From an uncultured Acidobacteriota bacterium (GTDB lineage: Bacteria; Acidobacteriota; Thermoanaerobaculia; Thermoanaerobaculales; Sulfomarinibacteraceae): 64,000 bases of DNA. The position numbers and the translations under genes were made by a program. Positions 25,581 to 37,765 of this stretch are shown here, piece by piece (positions within the stretch are counted from its first letter, which is position 1; each line of letters opens with the position of its first letter). Below the pieces are notes generated by a model, which had not been told where the DNA came from, ran no database searches, and saw nothing but the letters and a program-made list of their open reading frames with translations. The stretch lies in contig CAWGLT010000014.1 of the NCBI GenBank assembly GCA_963823445.1, positions 199,472 to 263,471 of the forward strand. The letters are read 5' to 3'.

Positions 25581-27074
25581 ATGGAACGCGAAAAACAGAA
25601 ATACTACTCGCTGGCGGCCATCGTGGTCGCGGCGGTGCTCTTTGGAATGGTCATCGCCGGCGGTCTCGATCTGACCCCACCGGCCGTCGCCGATCGTCAC
25701 ACCCAGGTTCAGCCGGTGACCCAATCCACCGCTGCACCCGACTTCGCCACCCTCGCCGATCGCGTCGTTCCGTCGGTGGTTTCAGTGACCATCAAGGATG
25801 TGCAGGACCCATCGGAAAGCGGCAGACGGATGCCGAGAGACCCGTTTCACGAGTTCTTCCGCGGACCCCAGGCTCCTTCGGATGAACCATCGGTGCGGCG
25901 TTCCGCGGGTTCGGGGTTCTTTATCTCGGCCGATGGCGAGATCGTTACCAACTACCACGTGATCGAGGACGCCGACGCCATTCTCATCGAGCTTGTCGAT
26001 GGCACTCAGTTCGAGTGCGAGGTCGTCGGTCGCGATGAGGCGACCGATCTGGCCCTCATTCGCGTCCAGAAGCCCGATCGGGATTTCGCCTATCTCGCCC
26101 TCGGTGACTCCGAGGCGGTGCGGGTCGGCGAGTGGGTCATGGCGGTGGGCAACCCGCTGGATATGGATCATACGGTGACCGTTGGGGTGGTCTCGGCCAA
26201 GGGTCGTGTTCTCGGGCTTTCCCGGGAAGGGACGTCCTTCGAGAACTACATCCAGACCGATGCCGCGATCAACCTCGGCAACTCGGGCGGTCCGCTGGTC
26301 AACCTCCGCTCGGAGGTGGTGGCGATCAACACCGCCATCAACGCGCGTGGCCAGAACCTCGGTTTCGCGGTCCCGGTCGACACCCTGCGCCAGATTCTGC
26401 CGCAGCTGCGTGAGAACGGCATGGTCGTCCGAGGTTTCCTCGGGATCACCATCAACAATCTCGATCAGGACAGCGCCGAGGCATTCGGACTCGGCAGTCG
26501 CAACGGCGCGCTGGTTGTGGAGGTCGCACCCGACCGTGCGGCCGACAAGGGTGGGGTTCGCCACGGCGATATCGTGATCGCCATCGACGGCAAGCCCATC
26601 GTGGACACGAGAGAGCTCATCGACACGATTTCCGCCATGCCGCCGGGGACCGAGGTCGAGCTCACCGTCATCCGCGACGGCAAACAGAGCAAGCTCGACG
26701 TCACGCTCGAGGCCCGTGACGCCGTCGACGACGACGGTTCCCCCGATGTCGAACCGACCCGGGAGGACGACACCGCCGAACGCCTCGGGATCAGTGTCAG
26801 CGAACTGAGCTCGCAGATCCGTCGGATCTACGGTCTCGAGGACGAGGCTGTGGGGGTTGTGATCACCCGGGTGATGCCGGTTTCGCCGGCCGCCGATGAG
26901 GGTCTCATTCGCGGCGATCTCATCCTCGAAGCCAACGGAGTGGCCATCGAGACCGTCGACCGACTGCGGGAGATCGTCGCCGAAGTGCCCAGCGGCGGAT
27001 ATTTGCGGCTTTATGTCCAGCGGCCCCAGGCCCAGGGAAGGTCCTTCTTCGCCATTCTCAAGCTCAACGACTGA
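25581..27074 (+). CDS. htrA: HtrA/DegP family serine protease with two PDZ domains
   Basis: Triad context TNYHVIED, DLALIRV, GNSGGPLVN. Start taken at MEREKQKYYSLAAIVVAAVLFG (TM/signal). Confidence 0.9.
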   Translation: MEREKQKYYSLAAIVVAAVLFGMVIAGGLDLTPPAVADRHTQVQPVTQSTAAPDFATLADRVVPSVVSVTIKDVQDPSESGRRMPRDPFHEFFRGPQAPSDEPSVRRSAGSGFFISADGEIVTNYHVIEDADAILIELVDGTQFECEVVGRDEATDLALIRVQKPDRDFAYLALGDSEAVRVGEWVMAVGNPLDMDHTVTVGVVSAKGRVLGLSREGTSFENYIQTDAAINLGNSGGPLVNLRSEVVAINTAINARGQNLGFAVPVDTLRQILPQLRENGMVVRGFLGITINNLDQDSAEAFGLGSRNGALVVEVAPDRAADKGGVRHGDIVIAIDGKPIVDTRELIDTISAMPPGTEVELTVIRDGKQSKLDVTLEARDAVDDDGSPDVEPTREDDTAERLGISVSELSSQIRRIYGLEDEAVGVVITRVMPVSPAADEGLIRGDLILEANGVAIETVDRLREIVAEVPSGGYLRLYVQRPQAQGRSFFAILKLND

Positions 27075-27097
27075 CGGTCATCGGGCCACGAAACCAT

Positions 27098-27121
27098 GGG
27101 GGCGCACCATCCGGTGCGCCC
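27098..27121. terminator. GC-rich hairpin between convergent htrA and the DUF3467 gene
   Basis: GGGGCGCACC-ATCC-GGTGCGCCCC is a perfect 10-bp stem. No clear U-tract on the + strand, so terminator function is inferred. Confidence 0.45.
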
Positions 27122-27123
27122 CT

Positions 27124-27432
27124 TCAGTTCGCCCCGCTCCCAGGCGGTTCCTGCGCGGTGACCGGCGGCTCGTTGATGGGGCCGAAGTTCTGTTCGTAGA
27201 GCGTGAGATTGTGGTTGAGGGCGCGCATGAGCTGTTTGGCGTGGAACGGATTCATGATGATTCGAGCGACCACCGGAATGTCCTGGCGCCCCGGCATGGT
27301 TCGGCCGAAGTCGAGCAGAACCTCGGAGAAGTTGTGGGCGATGCTGACGAAGTTGGCATATTCACCGAGGGCGAGTTCCTTGTCGACGGTGAGGCGGGGC
27401 GCATTGGCCGGAGTTTTGGGGTTGTCGCTCAT
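27124..27432 (-). CDS. DUF3467 family protein
   Basis: EYANFVSIAHNFSEVLLDFGRTMPG...VVARIIMNPFHAKQLMRALNHNLTLYEQNFGPI matches my recollection of the DUF3467 consensus. Confidence 0.7.
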   Translation of the reverse strand: MSDNPKTPANAPRLTVDKELALGEYANFVSIAHNFSEVLLDFGRTMPGRQDIPVVARIIMNPFHAKQLMRALNHNLTLYEQNFGPINEPPVTAQEPPGSGAN

Positions 27433-27469
27433 GAGGCCTCCTCAGGCCGCCATTGTACCCTTCAGTGAG

Positions 27470-28246
27470 ATGGGCTCCTCGGACACCCCCTTCGATCGTG
27501 CCGCCGACGATCGCCGCCATGGCGCCGGCGAGATCGAGAGCAGGCTCATCGCCGGTCTGCTCGAACCGCCACGCGATTTCACGGCAGCCGATCTTGTTTC
27601 CGGAGCTCAGAAGCTGCTCAACGGTCAGCCCACCATGGCCAACCTCCGGAATCTTGCCCGTGAGCTCGTTCGGGGCGATGTCGCGAGCGCCACCGCTTGG
27701 CTGCAGCGGCGTTGGCTTCTGCTCTCGGAGCTCGACGAGCGTTTCGCAGCCGCGGCCTGGCCCGTCGTCGAGGGGGCCGGGCGGGTGCTCACCATTTCGC
27801 GCTCATCGGCGGTGGCATCGGTCCTCGATGGGGCCTGGCGCCGGGGCTGGCGAGGCGAGACGGTGGTCTTCGACGGCCGCGCCGCGGGTGGCGGGGCCTC
27901 TCAGGCGGCCGCGCTCGCCGAAAGAATGGACCGTGTCCGCTCGCAGCCCGATTCGGCCATCGCGGGGTGGTTGACCGGTCCTCCCTCCCTGGTGCTGATT
28001 GGTGCGGACGCCGTCAGCTCCGAGAGGCTCGTCAATGTCGGCGGAACCCTGAATCTCCTCGAGCTCGCGGCGGTTCGGGCGATTCCGGTCATCGTCGTCG
28101 CCGATTCGGGGAAGGATCTCCCGGATGACGAGATCGACGAAGTGCTCGCCGCGAGCCCCGAGATGATCGAAGAGGGCACGTGGCGCCGGCGGCCGATCTT
28201 CGAGTCGGCGCCCCTCGATCTCGTCACGACCAGGATTCGTGAGTAG
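27470..28246 (+). CDS. eIF-2B alpha/beta/delta-like family protein (IF-2B fold)
   Basis: C-terminal LIGADAVSSERLVNVGGTLNLLELAAVRAIPVIVVADSGK resembles the IF-2B/MtnA family. Start taken at MGSSDTPFDR. Confidence 0.55.
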   Translation: MGSSDTPFDRAADDRRHGAGEIESRLIAGLLEPPRDFTAADLVSGAQKLLNGQPTMANLRNLARELVRGDVASATAWLQRRWLLLSELDERFAAAAWPVVEGAGRVLTISRSSAVASVLDGAWRRGWRGETVVFDGRAAGGGASQAAALAERMDRVRSQPDSAIAGWLTGPPSLVLIGADAVSSERLVNVGGTLNLLELAAVRAIPVIVVADSGKDLPDDEIDEVLAASPEMIEEGTWRRRPIFESAPLDLVTTRIRE

Positions 28247-28254
28247 AATCGGCC

Positions 28255-29418
28255 ATGCTCCCTTTCACCGTCACCCACAACGATGGCGAATCAGCGGCCC
28301 GCGCCGCCGAGTTGGTGACGCCGCACGGCACCGTGCACACTCCGGCGTTCATGCCCGTCGGCACCGCGGGGACGGTCAAGGGGATGGCGGGATGGGAGCT
28401 CGAGCGACTCGCACCCGAGATGGTGCTGGCCAACACCTACCACCTCCTCCTCCGGCCCGGGGTCGAACGGATCGAACAGATGGGTGGGATCCACCGCTTG
28501 ATGGCGTGGCCCGGTCCGATTCTCACCGACTCCGGCGGTTACCAGGTCTTCTCGCTCACGGCCCGCCGCCGATTGGACGACGACGGGGTGACCTTCCACT
28601 CGCACCTCGACGGCTCGGCCCACCGGCTGACCCCGGAAAACGTCGTCGAGACCCAGTCGAGGTACGGCGTCGATGTCGCCATGGTCCTCGACGAGTGTCT
28701 GCCGTATCCGGTCGATCTCGGGGCGGCGGCTGAGTCGGTCGCGCGCAGCGTCGACTGGGCCCGCCGTGGACTCGAGCGCGCCTTTCGCCTGCGGGAGGAG
28801 TCGGACGCCTGGCGGGGCGGTCTCTTCGCCATCCAACAGGGCACCCTCGATGAAGGACTCCGCCTGAGATGCACCGAAGAGCTCATCGGCCATGACTTTG
28901 ACGGATTCGCCATCGGCGGGTTGGCGGTGGGCGAGCCGTCGGCCGCGCTCCACGAGGCCGTCGCCATGGCGGCGCCCATGCTGCCCGCATCGAGACCCCG
29001 CTATCTCATGGGTGTCGGTTACCCGGAGGATCTGGTCCATGCCGTCGCCTGCGGCGTCGACCTCTTTGACTGTGTCCTGCCGACGCGCTCGGCGCGGACC
29101 GGGAAGGTCTTCACATCGACGGGTGAGATCAACATCAAGAACGCCTGTTTCGCCGATGATCTCGGGCCGCTGGACGACGCCTGTGACTGCCCGACGTGTT
29201 CGCGCTACTCACGTGCCGCTCTTCGACATCTTTACGTCGCAAAAGAGGTCACATCGGTCGTTTTGTTGACCGTTCACAACCTCAGTTTCTTTCTAGGCTT
29301 GATGCGAGGGGCGCGGGAAGCTATCATGGCGGGCCGCTACGGGCGGTTTCGGCAGCGGATCGACGGTATCCGCAATCAACTGCCCCGGAGCCAGGGGTCC
29401 GTAACGACAGCGAGGTGA
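28255..29418 (+). CDS. tgt: tRNA-guanine transglycosylase (queuine tRNA-ribosyltransferase)
   Basis: TPAFMPVGTAGTVKG, LANTYHL, DSGGYQVFS, and zinc site CDCPTCSRYSRAALRHL. Confidence 0.95.
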   Translation: MLPFTVTHNDGESAARAAELVTPHGTVHTPAFMPVGTAGTVKGMAGWELERLAPEMVLANTYHLLLRPGVERIEQMGGIHRLMAWPGPILTDSGGYQVFSLTARRRLDDDGVTFHSHLDGSAHRLTPENVVETQSRYGVDVAMVLDECLPYPVDLGAAAESVARSVDWARRGLERAFRLREESDAWRGGLFAIQQGTLDEGLRLRCTEELIGHDFDGFAIGGLAVGEPSAALHEAVAMAAPMLPASRPRYLMGVGYPEDLVHAVACGVDLFDCVLPTRSARTGKVFTSTGEINIKNACFADDLGPLDDACDCPTCSRYSRAALRHLYVAKEVTSVVLLTVHNLSFFLGLMRGAREAIMAGRYGRFRQRIDGIRNQLPRSQGSVTTAR

Positions 29419-29422
29419 TACG

Positions 29423-29722
29423 ATGGAAGGTGCAGCTGGGGGGAATCCCCTGTCGATGTTGTTGCCGTTCGTGTTGATCTTTGCCGTGTTTTACTTCATT
29501 GTGATCATGCCGGCAAAGAAACAGCAGAAAAAGAAGGACGCGATGCTCGCGGCACTCAAGAAGGGCGACAGGATCGTGACCAACGGGGGAATCCACGGGA
29601 CCGTGGCGACGGTCGAGGACAACACCCTGCTTGTCAAAGTGGCCGAGAATACAAAAATTCGAATCAGCACATCGGCGGTGGCCGGCCTCGTGGGCAGCGA
29701 CGGAACCGCGAGCGAGAGCTGA
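29423..29722 (+). CDS. yajC: Preprotein translocase subunit YajC
   Basis: FAVFYFIVIMPAKKQQKKKDAMLAALKKGDRIVTNGGIHGTV. Position upstream of secDF. Confidence 0.9.
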   Translation: MEGAAGGNPLSMLLPFVLIFAVFYFIVIMPAKKQQKKKDAMLAALKKGDRIVTNGGIHGTVATVEDNTLLVKVAENTKIRISTSAVAGLVGSDGTASES

Positions 29723-29737
29723 CCGGCGGAGGCGAGA

Positions 29738-31303
29738 GTGGAAAAAAAGGTAGTGTGGCGAGTCATCGTGATCGTGGCTGTTGTAGCGGCTGGCCTTTGG
29801 TCGCTCTGGCCGCCCGAGGAGAAGATCCGCTGGGGGCTCGACCTCGAAGGCGGCGTTCATCTGGTGCTTCAGGTCCAGACCGACGACGCCATCAAGGCCG
29901 AGTTGGATGACGCTGCTCAGCGACTGGTGAGTTTTGCGGGAGACCAGGGCGTGGCCCTCGGCGCCACCTCGGTGGATGCCGAGGAGTTCCGTTTCTCGGT
30001 GGAGGTTCCCGCGGGTACCGACCGCGAGGCCCTGGATGACGTGATCGGAAGAAACTTCCCCGACTACGACGTCACCAGGAGCGGCACGAGTTGGACCGTG
30101 GCCTTCAAACCGAATATCGAGCGTTTCATCCGCGATCAGGCGGTGCGCAAGGGTTTGGAGACCATCAACAACCGCATCGACCAGTTCGGTGTCGCTGAGC
30201 CCGTGATCCAGAGGCAGGGCATCGATGGCGACCGGATTCTCATCCAGCTGCCCGGCGTCGATGACCCCGAGCGGGTCAAGAAGATCATCAAATCCACGGC
30301 TTTCCTCGAGTTCAAAGAGGTGATGCAGGGACCGGCGCCGGATCGGCCGAGCCTCCTTGCGGGTTTTGCCGGTCTGCCGCCCGCCGATGGCGAAGTGATG
30401 AGCGGTCCTCGAACCGGGATTGCGGGTGAGGCCCTCGGCCGGAGCTACTATCTCGTCAAGAAGAGTTCCATCATCACCGGCCGGGATCTGCGCAGCGCCC
30501 GCCGGAGCCAGGACGAGTACGGCATGCCCAACGTCCAGTTCGACCTGGTTCCCTCGGCGGCCGAGAAGTTCGGCGAGTACACGAGCTCGCACATCGGCAC
30601 CCCGATGGCGATCGTTCTCGACAATAACGTCATGTCGGCGCCGACCATTCGGGCGAAGATCACCGACTCGGGTGTCATCGAGGGCAACTACTCGGTCGAA
30701 GAGGCGGAAGATCTCGCGTTGATCCTGAGGGCAGGCGCGCTGCCGGCAACCATGGTCTATCTCGAGGAGCGGACCGTCGGGCCTTCGCTCGGTCACGACT
30801 CGGTGGTCCGCGGCGTCCGAGCGGCCGTCGCCGGTCTCATCGCGGTGATGCTCTTCATGTTGATCTACTACAAGCTCTCCGGGCTCAACGCCGATCTTGC
30901 TCTCATGATCAACATCGTCCTCCTCATGGGGGCCATGGCCTACTTCGGCGCCACCCTCACCCTGCCCGGAATCGCGGGCGTGATTCTCACCATCGGTATG
31001 GCGGTCGACGCCAACGTGCTCATCTTCGAGCGAATCCGCGAGGAGCTGGCGGTCGGCAAGACCGTGAAATCGGCCATCGACACCGGGTTCTCCCGGGCCT
31101 TCGGCACGATCTTGGATGCGAATCTGACGACGCTCATCGCCGCGCTCTTCCTCTTCCAGTTCGGAACCGGACCGGTCAAGGGCTTCGCGGTGACGCTCTC
31201 CATCGGGATTTTCGCGAGCGTCTTCACTGCGGTCTTTGTTTCTCGAACCATCTACATGATCACGCTCGCCGGCCGCGACCGGGTGCAAACGCTGAGTATC
31301 TGA
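29738..31303 (+). CDS. secD: Protein translocase subunit SecD
   Basis: GLDLEGGVHLVLQV, INNRIDQFGVAEPVIQRQG, and C-terminal 6-TM SecD/F domain. Confidence 0.95.
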   Translation: MEKKVVWRVIVIVAVVAAGLWSLWPPEEKIRWGLDLEGGVHLVLQVQTDDAIKAELDDAAQRLVSFAGDQGVALGATSVDAEEFRFSVEVPAGTDREALDDVIGRNFPDYDVTRSGTSWTVAFKPNIERFIRDQAVRKGLETINNRIDQFGVAEPVIQRQGIDGDRILIQLPGVDDPERVKKIIKSTAFLEFKEVMQGPAPDRPSLLAGFAGLPPADGEVMSGPRTGIAGEALGRSYYLVKKSSIITGRDLRSARRSQDEYGMPNVQFDLVPSAAEKFGEYTSSHIGTPMAIVLDNNVMSAPTIRAKITDSGVIEGNYSVEEAEDLALILRAGALPATMVYLEERTVGPSLGHDSVVRGVRAAVAGLIAVMLFMLIYYKLSGLNADLALMINIVLLMGAMAYFGATLTLPGIAGVILTIGMAVDANVLIFERIREELAVGKTVKSAIDTGFSRAFGTILDANLTTLIAALFLFQFGTGPVKGFAVTLSIGIFASVFTAVFVSRTIYMITLAGRDRVQTLSI

Positions 31304-31312
31304 GGTTCTCGA

Positions 31313-32491
31313 ATGCGAATCATCGGCGACACCAACATTCCGTTTCTGAGCTATCGCAAGATCGCGCTCAGCCTATCCACGCTCGTCATCATCGGCGGTT
31401 TGGCCTATCAGTTTCTCGGACCCGGCCTCAACCTCGGGATCGACTTTGTCGGCGGCACCCAGGTCACGGTGAAGTTCCGCAGCCAACCCGATCTCGGCCA
31501 GCTCCGTGACACCATGATGGATCTCAACGCCGGGACACCGGCGCTGCAGCGATTCGATGAACCCGAGAAGCATGAGATCCTGATCAGGGTCGAAAACCCC
31601 GCGGGGGAAGAGGGCGACTTCACCGGACCCATCATCGAGCTGCTCGATCGGGACCTCAATAGCGGTCTCGGCGACGGCTTTGATCTCAACACAAAAGGGG
31701 CACAGGCCCTGACCGATGTCCTGACCACCGCGGATCCCGACAACACCGGACTCGACCGGGAGGGTGGCGAGGAGCACTACGGCCCCATGGCCGAAGCGGT
31801 GCTTTCGTTCCGCAAGGAGAACGGCATCTTCGCTTCCCTGGATGAGCTCGACACCATCGACGAGCTTTCCGACAACGCCCGCGCGTTGGTCAAGGATCGC
31901 GCCGTGCTCGGTGAGTTCGCCCTCCTCGGCGCCGAGAGCGTCGGCCCGGCGGTGGGCGCGGATCTCCAGAACAAGGCCCGGGCGGCGATCGGTTTCTCGC
32001 TGCTCGGCATGCTCATCTACATCTGGCTTCGATTCCAGTTGCCGTTCGGCATCGGTGCCGTGGCGGCAACGTTCCACGACGTCTTGATCACCCTGACGGC
32101 GTTGGCGGTCACCGGGCGTGAGATCAACCTGTCGACGGTGGCTGCGATCCTGGCCCTGGTCGGGTACTCGGTCAACGACACGGTGGTCGTCTTCGATCGG
32201 GTGAGGGAGAATCTCAAGCTGCATCGGGGTGACGACCTCGAGGTGCTCATGGACGCCTCGATGAACCAGACTCTCTCCCGCACCTTCATCACCTCCGGCA
32301 CGACGTTGTTGGTGGTGCTGTCCCTCTATTTCTTCGGTGGGGACGTCATCAATACCTTCGCCTTTGTACTCCTCGTCGGCATCATCGTCGGGACGTACTC
32401 GTCGCTCTTCGTCGCCTCGCCGGTGGCGCTCTGGGTCCACAAACTGGTCGCCGCCCGGCGCGAAAACAAGCGGAAGAAGGGGCGGCGGTAG
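31313..32491 (+). CDS. secF: Protein translocase subunit SecF
   Basis: LGIDFVGGTQV, HDVLITL, GYSVNDTVVVFDRVREN. Confidence 0.95.
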   Translation: MRIIGDTNIPFLSYRKIALSLSTLVIIGGLAYQFLGPGLNLGIDFVGGTQVTVKFRSQPDLGQLRDTMMDLNAGTPALQRFDEPEKHEILIRVENPAGEEGDFTGPIIELLDRDLNSGLGDGFDLNTKGAQALTDVLTTADPDNTGLDREGGEEHYGPMAEAVLSFRKENGIFASLDELDTIDELSDNARALVKDRAVLGEFALLGAESVGPAVGADLQNKARAAIGFSLLGMLIYIWLRFQLPFGIGAVAATFHDVLITLTALAVTGREINLSTVAAILALVGYSVNDTVVVFDRVRENLKLHRGDDLEVLMDASMNQTLSRTFITSGTTLLVVLSLYFFGGDVINTFAFVLLVGIIVGTYSSLFVASPVALWVHKLVAARRENKRKKGRR

Positions 32492-32546
32492 GGACGAAGG
32501 TGTGAGCCCCATCGCAGGGGCTGCAGAAAATAGGTTCGAAATCCAA

Positions 32547-32571
32547 CCCCGCGGCTTGCCGCGGGGTTTTT
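32547..32571 (+). terminator. Rho-independent terminator after secF
   Basis: CCCCGCGG-CTTG-CCGCGGGG followed by TTTTT. Confidence 0.8.
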
Positions 32572-32588
32572 CAGTTTCGTTTTTTGTA

Positions 32589-32625
32589 TTTTTTCGGCTC
32601 CGCGCATCGCGCGGGGCCGAAAAAA
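32589..32625. terminator. Second, bidirectional-type hairpin (T6 stem A6)
   Basis: TTTTTTCGGCTCCGCGC-ATC-GCGCGGGGCCGAAAAAA has 17-nt arms with one G-U pair and A/T runs on both sides. Confidence 0.6.
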
Positions 32626-32661
32626 TAGGAGGGGCTTGACCCCGAAACGTACAATGATGGG

Positions 32662-34851
<2,190 letters not shown>

Positions 34852-34946
34852 TCCCGAGGCGATGAGACGGGCCTTTGATCCACCACGAAGGCGACGCCGA
34901 AAAGGCGGCCGATAGCCGCCCTTCTGAGTTCTGTCTGCGGGGGTGG

Positions 34947-35144
34947 TTAGAGCCTGGGGGCCTTCGTGACCTTCCCCGAACGAATACAACGAGTGCACGC
35001 GCGCACCTGTTTCGGCTGACCGTCGACGACGGCCCTGACTCGTTGCAAATTGGGGTTCCAGCGTCGTTTGGTGACGTTGTGTGCGTGGGAAATATTGCTC
35101 CCGGTCATCGGCCCCTTGCCGCAGATTTCACATCGCTGCGCCAT
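34947..35144 (-). CDS. rpmB: 50S ribosomal protein L28
   Basis: MAQRCEICGKGPMTGSNISHAHNVTKRRWNPNLQRVR. GGAGG RBS upstream. Start trimmed from the tracked ORF. Confidence 0.95.
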   Translation of the reverse strand: MAQRCEICGKGPMTGSNISHAHNVTKRRWNPNLQRVRAVVDGQPKQVRACTRCIRSGKVTKAPRL

Positions 35145-35429
35145 TTCTGTGATCCTCCTCGAGGTCCCCAAGAGAAAGGGGACGCTTTTAATAGCACAAA
35201 CACCGGCAAATGACAAGGTCACGTATTACCGAATGGCCGCTTTTTTGGTCTTTACGTACAAAAATCCGTGTCTGAATGTGAGGTACACAACACTGAATTT
35301 GTTCGAGAATTCGACTGAAAACGGAGAAAGTGATTTGCCTTTCTGCTTCGCACGAATGCTCAGATCGTGGTTCAAATCGCAACAGAAAGTGACAACCGTT
35401 CCATAACACTTTTTTGGTTTCACTTATTC

Positions 35430-35458
35430 TTGACACTCTATAGGCCTTTTGATAGTCT
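35430..35458 (+). promoter_or_regulatory. Candidate sigma-70 promoter of the pilM operon
   Basis: TTGACA (35430-35435), 17-nt spacer, then TG-A-TAGTCT extended -10 (35453-35458). Lies about 60 nt upstream of the pilM GTG inside a ~40% GC intergenic region. Confidence 0.4.
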
Positions 35459-35517
35459 GGCTCATAGAGGTGTGGTGTTTAAGAACGTTCGAACTCCTGA
35501 GATATAAGGTGTGAGAC

Positions 35518-36567
35518 GTGTTTGGAAAGCGAAAAAAACAAGTTGTCGGCTGTGACGTTGGCTCCTCGGCGATTAAGATCGTTGAATTGAAGCCACTCAA
35601 AAACGACGAATTTCAACTGGTCCATGCCGCTGTGGCGGAGTTGTCACCTGAGGCAATTGTCGATGGTGCAATCATGGATTCGTCTTTGGTGGTCGAAGCT
35701 CTCACCAGATTGATCTCCGAGAATGGGATCAAGAATTCGAAATTCGGTGGCTCATTGTCGGGCCATTCCGTGATCATCAAGAAAATCCAACTTCCGTCCA
35801 TGACCGAAGCCGAGCTTGCAGAGTCGATTCAATGGGAAGCCGAACAGTACATTCCGTTCGATATCAATGATGTGAACCTCGACTACGTTGTTTTGGAAAC
35901 CGGCGCCTCGGACACGATGGATGTCCTGCTGGTTGCGGTGAAAAGGGATCGGATCAACGACTACACTTCGGTGATCGTCCAGGCCGGAAAAGAACCGGTG
36001 CTGGTCGACGTCGATGTTTTCGCAGTACAAAACGCCTTCGAATCGAACTACTCGTCGCGCGGCGAGACCGTCGCGTTGGTGAATGTCGGCGCCTCGGTGA
36101 TGAACATCAATGTCCTGCACGATGGAAATTCGGTGTTCTGGCGCGATGTGGCCTTCGGCGGGAATCTCTACACCGAGGCCATCCAGCGCGAGTTCAACCT
36201 GCCGCGAGAGGACGCGGAGAAACTCAAGCTCGGCCACGAGGTCGGCCAGGTTTCGAAAACCCAGGTCGAGAGCGTCTTGAGTTCGGCGTCAGAGGATCTC
36301 GCCGCCGAGCTCCAGAAGACCATCGACTTCTTCGTGGCAACCTCGTCGGTGGACCGGCTCGACCGGGTCATGCTCTCCGGCGGAGGCGCTTTGGTGGCGA
36401 ACCTCGAGGCGGTTCTCCAGGAACGGTTCCAGGTCAACGTCGAGTTGCTCAACCCGTTCAGAAACATCCGCTACAACGAGTCGGATTTCGATCCGGACTG
36501 GATCAACCGCAACGCCCCGGCGATGGCTGTGGCGGTAGGCTTGGCAATACGGACCGTCGGAGATTGA
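35518..36567 (+). CDS. pilM: Type IV pilus assembly protein PilM
   Basis: Actin-like ATPase fold N-terminus VGCDVGSSAIKIVEL, EQYIPFDINDVNLDYVVL, and LSGGGALVANLEAVLQERF. GTG start. Confidence 0.9.
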   Translation: MFGKRKKQVVGCDVGSSAIKIVELKPLKNDEFQLVHAAVAELSPEAIVDGAIMDSSLVVEALTRLISENGIKNSKFGGSLSGHSVIIKKIQLPSMTEAELAESIQWEAEQYIPFDINDVNLDYVVLETGASDTMDVLLVAVKRDRINDYTSVIVQAGKEPVLVDVDVFAVQNAFESNYSSRGETVALVNVGASVMNINVLHDGNSVFWRDVAFGGNLYTEAIQREFNLPREDAEKLKLGHEVGQVSKTQVESVLSSASEDLAAELQKTIDFFVATSSVDRLDRVMLSGGGALVANLEAVLQERFQVNVELLNPFRNIRYNESDFDPDWINRNAPAMAVAVGLAIRTVGD

Positions 36568-36571
36568 GCCG

Positions 36572-37171
36572 ATGATCAAAATCAATCTTGTTTCGGAGGC
36601 GCCGACAGCAGCGGTCAGCAAGCGAAAACGGCCGGAGTTTTCTCTGGGCGCGAAACAGGGCGACATCATACTTGTCACCGTCCTCGCCATCGCAGTCGCT
36701 GTTTCGGGGACATGGTGGTTTTTGTTGAAGTCCAAGCGAGCCGACCTCAAGGCGGTCGAACGCCAGCGGACGGTGGAGCGCAACGAACTCAAGCCGTTCA
36801 TCGAAAAGGTCGAGGAACTCGAGGCGAAGCGGGCGCTGCTCAAGTCCAAGGTCGATGTCATCAACGATCTCAAGAACAAGCAGCGCGGTCCCGTTCGCAT
36901 CATGGACGAGGTGTCGCGCGCCCTGCCGGAGCTGGTCTGGCTGACCAAGCTCGGGCTCGCCGGCAACGCCATCGAGCTCGTCGGTGAAGCCATGGACGAG
37001 AACGCGGTGGCCAACTTCTACTCGAATCTGGATGCATCGCCGTTTTTTGAAGAGCCGGTCGTGAAAAACCTCGCTCGCAAGGGGGAGGACTTCATCTTCA
37101 CCCTGACGGCCGTCTTCACCTATGAACCGCCGGAGATTGAAAAGGCGAGCTCTCCGGCGAATGGAACCTGA
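36572..37171 (+). CDS. pilN: Type IV pilus assembly protein PilN
   Basis: MIKINLV start, single TM, coiled coil. Position after pilM. Confidence 0.85.
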   Translation: MIKINLVSEAPTAAVSKRKRPEFSLGAKQGDIILVTVLAIAVAVSGTWWFLLKSKRADLKAVERQRTVERNELKPFIEKVEELEAKRALLKSKVDVINDLKNKQRGPVRIMDEVSRALPELVWLTKLGLAGNAIELVGEAMDENAVANFYSNLDASPFFEEPVVKNLARKGEDFIFTLTAVFTYEPPEIEKASSPANGT

Positions 37172-37191
37172 CGATGTGGAGGTCATGAGCC

Positions 37192-37752
37192 ATGGCTATT
37201 GATCTCAACGAAAAGCCCTGGTGGGTCGCCCTTCTGGTCGGGCTCGTGCTCGGCGTCGCGCTTTTCGTGGTGCTCCAGATGTATGTGTTCAAGCCCATCG
37301 AAGAGGAATGCCAGAAGACGCAGGTCAAGATCGATGAACTCGAACGCGAGATCGAGAAGGGGAGAGCGGCCAAGGCCGATCTGCCCCGCCTCGAAGAGGA
37401 CATCCGCAACTACGAGCTCGATCTGGACCGTCTTCGCCGCATCCTGCCGACCAAGCGTGAGACCGATGATCTCATCAAACGCCTCAAGCACCTCACCGAG
37501 CGCGGCAGTTTCCGTCTCACCCGGTTTATGCCGGGCAAGGAAATCGATCGGGGTTTCTATCACGAAATCCCGATCACGGTCGGTCTCGACGGGACGTACC
37601 ACGAGCTCGGCCTGTTCTTCGATCGTCTGAGTGGATTCTCGCGGATCATCAACGTCGATGATCTCGTCATTTCACCGGTCAAAGGCCAGGGATCCCAGGG
37701 CTATTCGATTCAAGCAACCTTCACCCAGCGAACCTTTATTTACAAGGAATGA
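37192..37752 (+). CDS. pilO: Type IV pilus assembly protein PilO
   Basis: TM plus coiled coil plus C-terminal ferredoxin-like region (ITVGLDGTYHELGLFFDRLS..RIINV). Confidence 0.85.
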   Translation: MAIDLNEKPWWVALLVGLVLGVALFVVLQMYVFKPIEEECQKTQVKIDELEREIEKGRAAKADLPRLEEDIRNYELDLDRLRRILPTKRETDDLIKRLKHLTERGSFRLTRFMPGKEIDRGFYHEIPITVGLDGTYHELGLFFDRLSGFSRIINVDDLVISPVKGQGSQGYSIQATFTQRTFIYKE

Positions 37753-37765
37753 GCGGGGCCGAGAG

